A DNA stretch of 63,677 nt, filler included, from Fonticula-like sp. SCN 57-25 (lineage: Eukaryota), in the NCBI GenBank assembly GCA_001724245.1. It is 9 parts of 9 records of this genome, joined end to end, with 100 filler letters (N's around TTAATTAATTAA, not from the genome) between each part and the next. Parts side by side here need not be neighbours in the genome. Positions count along the whole stretch, not along the records: positions 57,229 to 63,677 come from MEDX01000448.1; 8 more parts are not named here. One strand, given 5' to 3'. The position numbers were made by a program, and so were the translations under genes. Below, piece by piece: positions 61,666 through 63,677 of the stretch; the stretch's first letter is position 1; each line of letters begins with the position of its first letter. The notes under the pieces are model-generated. The model saw nothing but the letters and a program-made list of their open reading frames with translations, was not told where the DNA came from and searched no databases.

Positions 61666-63500
61666 TTATAGCGCGTCATCTTCGTCCATATCAAAATAAG
61701 CGTCCACATGCATGACGTGGTCCACCTCCTCCTGGCTATTGCTCCTAGCTTGCCCACCGTCTCCCTTGAGCCTCTCCGTGTACTCGTCGTCATAGTCGAC
61801 CTCGTCGTCGTCGTCGTCGTTTACTAGAAGCTGATGCATAGCTATCTCCTCCTGGGCCCCCTCAGCCACCCACGGCACCTTGACGCAAATGATGCCGTAT
61901 GCAATAACGCAGCAGAAGAGCGAAATACATAGCCCCCACCACAGCCCGTGAACGTCCTGCCCACCAGGGAATGCCAAGGCAAGGCCGGCGGGAATGCCAA
62001 CGACATAGAACGCGGCGAAATTCGCGATCGCGCCGTACTTTTGCTTGCCAAGCCCGCGCACAACGCCTGCAAGCACGCCCTGTAGCCCGTCAAGTAGCTG
62101 AAAAGCGGCGCAAATGAGCAACAGCGACGCCACCAGCTCCACGACCGCCTCGTCCGTAGTGAAGACGTAGCCCCACACGTGCCGCATTGCGATTAGCAGC
62201 ACCGCCTCGATGGACGTCACGAACACGCCAATTGCAAGGCCAACCTTTGAGCTTAACTTGGCCGGGGAAGGAAGGCCCGCGCCGAGCAGGTTGCCGACGC
62301 GGACGTTGACTGCCACACCAACGCCAAAGGGAACCATAAACATGATGGACGACGTGGTGAGCACGATCGTCTGACTTGCGAGCTGAATTTCGCCGAGGAT
62401 GCCGGCCGCGAGCGCAACAATCTCAAACGCCCACCACTCATTGCTAAGGTAATATATGAGAATCAAATGAAATAAGGAGCAAGAATCCGTCGCGCAAGGA
62501 CAATAAAATCACGCTATCAGTATTCCGCCCCATTCCCTATCTCGCAACCAGCCGTACCATAGCATAACCATTCCCGGAAGCGCATACTTGAAGAACGTGC
62601 CCCACTCCTTAAATGCCTCCCGCGACCACCCTCCCCACGTCCTCTTATGCAGGCCCCTCACCTTGATAAAGATCCCCAGGAAAATGGGAAGGGACGCCCA
62701 CGCGAATACGAGCGCGATGGGCGCTCCGTGCAGCCCCATCCCCGCACCGTTAACGAGCGCCCAGCACATCAAGATGTCGATCACCGAGGCGACGAGCATA
62801 GCGTAAAAGATGGGCGCCATGATGCTCTGCGACTGAAGGTACTTTTTGAGGCACTCAAACACCATGACAAAAGGAAGGCCCGGGATAAGCACGAGCGTGT
62901 AGTACCCCGCGAGGCGCGCAATGTCCTCGTCCTGGCGCAGGAGAACGAGGATGGGCTCGGTGAAGCACCACAGCACAGCGATGAAAGGAAAGAAAGAAAG
63001 AATAACCGCCATGCCACGCTGCAGGTAGACGCCCACAAGCGCCGAGTCGGGATTGCGGCCAACCTCCTGTGCGCACAAAGTGTCCATCGCCGTGGCGAGG
63101 CCGTACGTCACGGACAAGCCAGTAACACCAACGTACATGTTGGCCAAAGATACAGCGGCAAGCTCGTGCGCGCCACTCGCATGGCCGACAAAGAATATTA
63201 CAATCTAAATAAAGATTAGAATAACAAAGCTATTGGAAAAGGATGGCGTGTCGCATTCCCACAGGGACATTTAGCGATGGGCCAGGCACCCAGGCGTACC
63301 AAGTTAAGCATCATTTGCAAGAGGTAGCCGAGGACAACGGGCGCCGCAAGCTTCACCTGTAGCTTAAGTTCAGCAATAGCTCGTGTACGCCCTGTCTTGT
63401 TGGGCGAGCCATCCAAATTCTCCACGTCATCATCGAGACGCTCCGCACCACTCAGACGAAGCTGAAGGTTTGACTGAATTCGCTTCATTACAGAAGCCAT
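61666..63500 (-). CDS. MATE family efflux transporter, multi-exon
   Basis: LAAPVVL, GLATAMDTLCAQ, EWWAFEI, RVGNLLGAG, NFAAFYVVGIP, GLWWG. Confidence 0.93.
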
Positions 63501-63677
63501 GCTTGTAAAGAGTAGACTTGCAAAAATGACAAAACAAAAACACGTCCTATGTTAATAAGGCAGCCGTCCCCATGCGCAAAGAGAGGCGATGTCGAGCGAA
63601 ACGAGTGACCGGCGTCTATGCACGGCGTACGACCAGTCTCGGTCGGCAACCCACTATGCTACAAGGATGACTAACCA

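Overview
This is not one locus. It is nine eukaryotic contigs (about 6.45-6.5 kb each, one of 11 kb) joined by artificial 100-bp spacers (44 N + TTAATTAATTAA + 44 N). Contigs 2-9 look like one compact genome with GC-rich codons and many short introns (GTACG/GTGCG...CTRAC...YAG; head-to-head gene gaps of about 90-200 bp). Two septins, an Osh3-type GOLD-PH-ORD protein, PINCH, a BRCA1-like gene and a BET protein suggest, by inference, a unicellular opisthokont or close relative. Contig 1 (BACK/discoidin protein, DDX41, degenerate kinesin) differs in composition and may come from another organism. About 30 protein-coding genes or fragments can be modelled by hand. No rRNA, tRNA, CRISPR array or recognisable transposon was seen. 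Best leads: (1) a BET gene whose structure predicts BRD4-like short and long isoforms; (2) an E2F palindrome plus CHR-type element at DREAM-like spacing in front of the BRCA1-like gene, and a 16-bp E2F-type motif shared by two contigs; (3) an RGS-AIF/FSP1-type oxidoreductase fusion; (4) unrelated repeats with an ~11-bp period in long introns and intergenic DNA, with a G-to-C skew flip across AT-rich islands; (5) kink-turn candidates in the RPL30 leader; (6) a kinesin with all catalytic motifs lost. All calls come from motif recognition by eye; no database searches were run.
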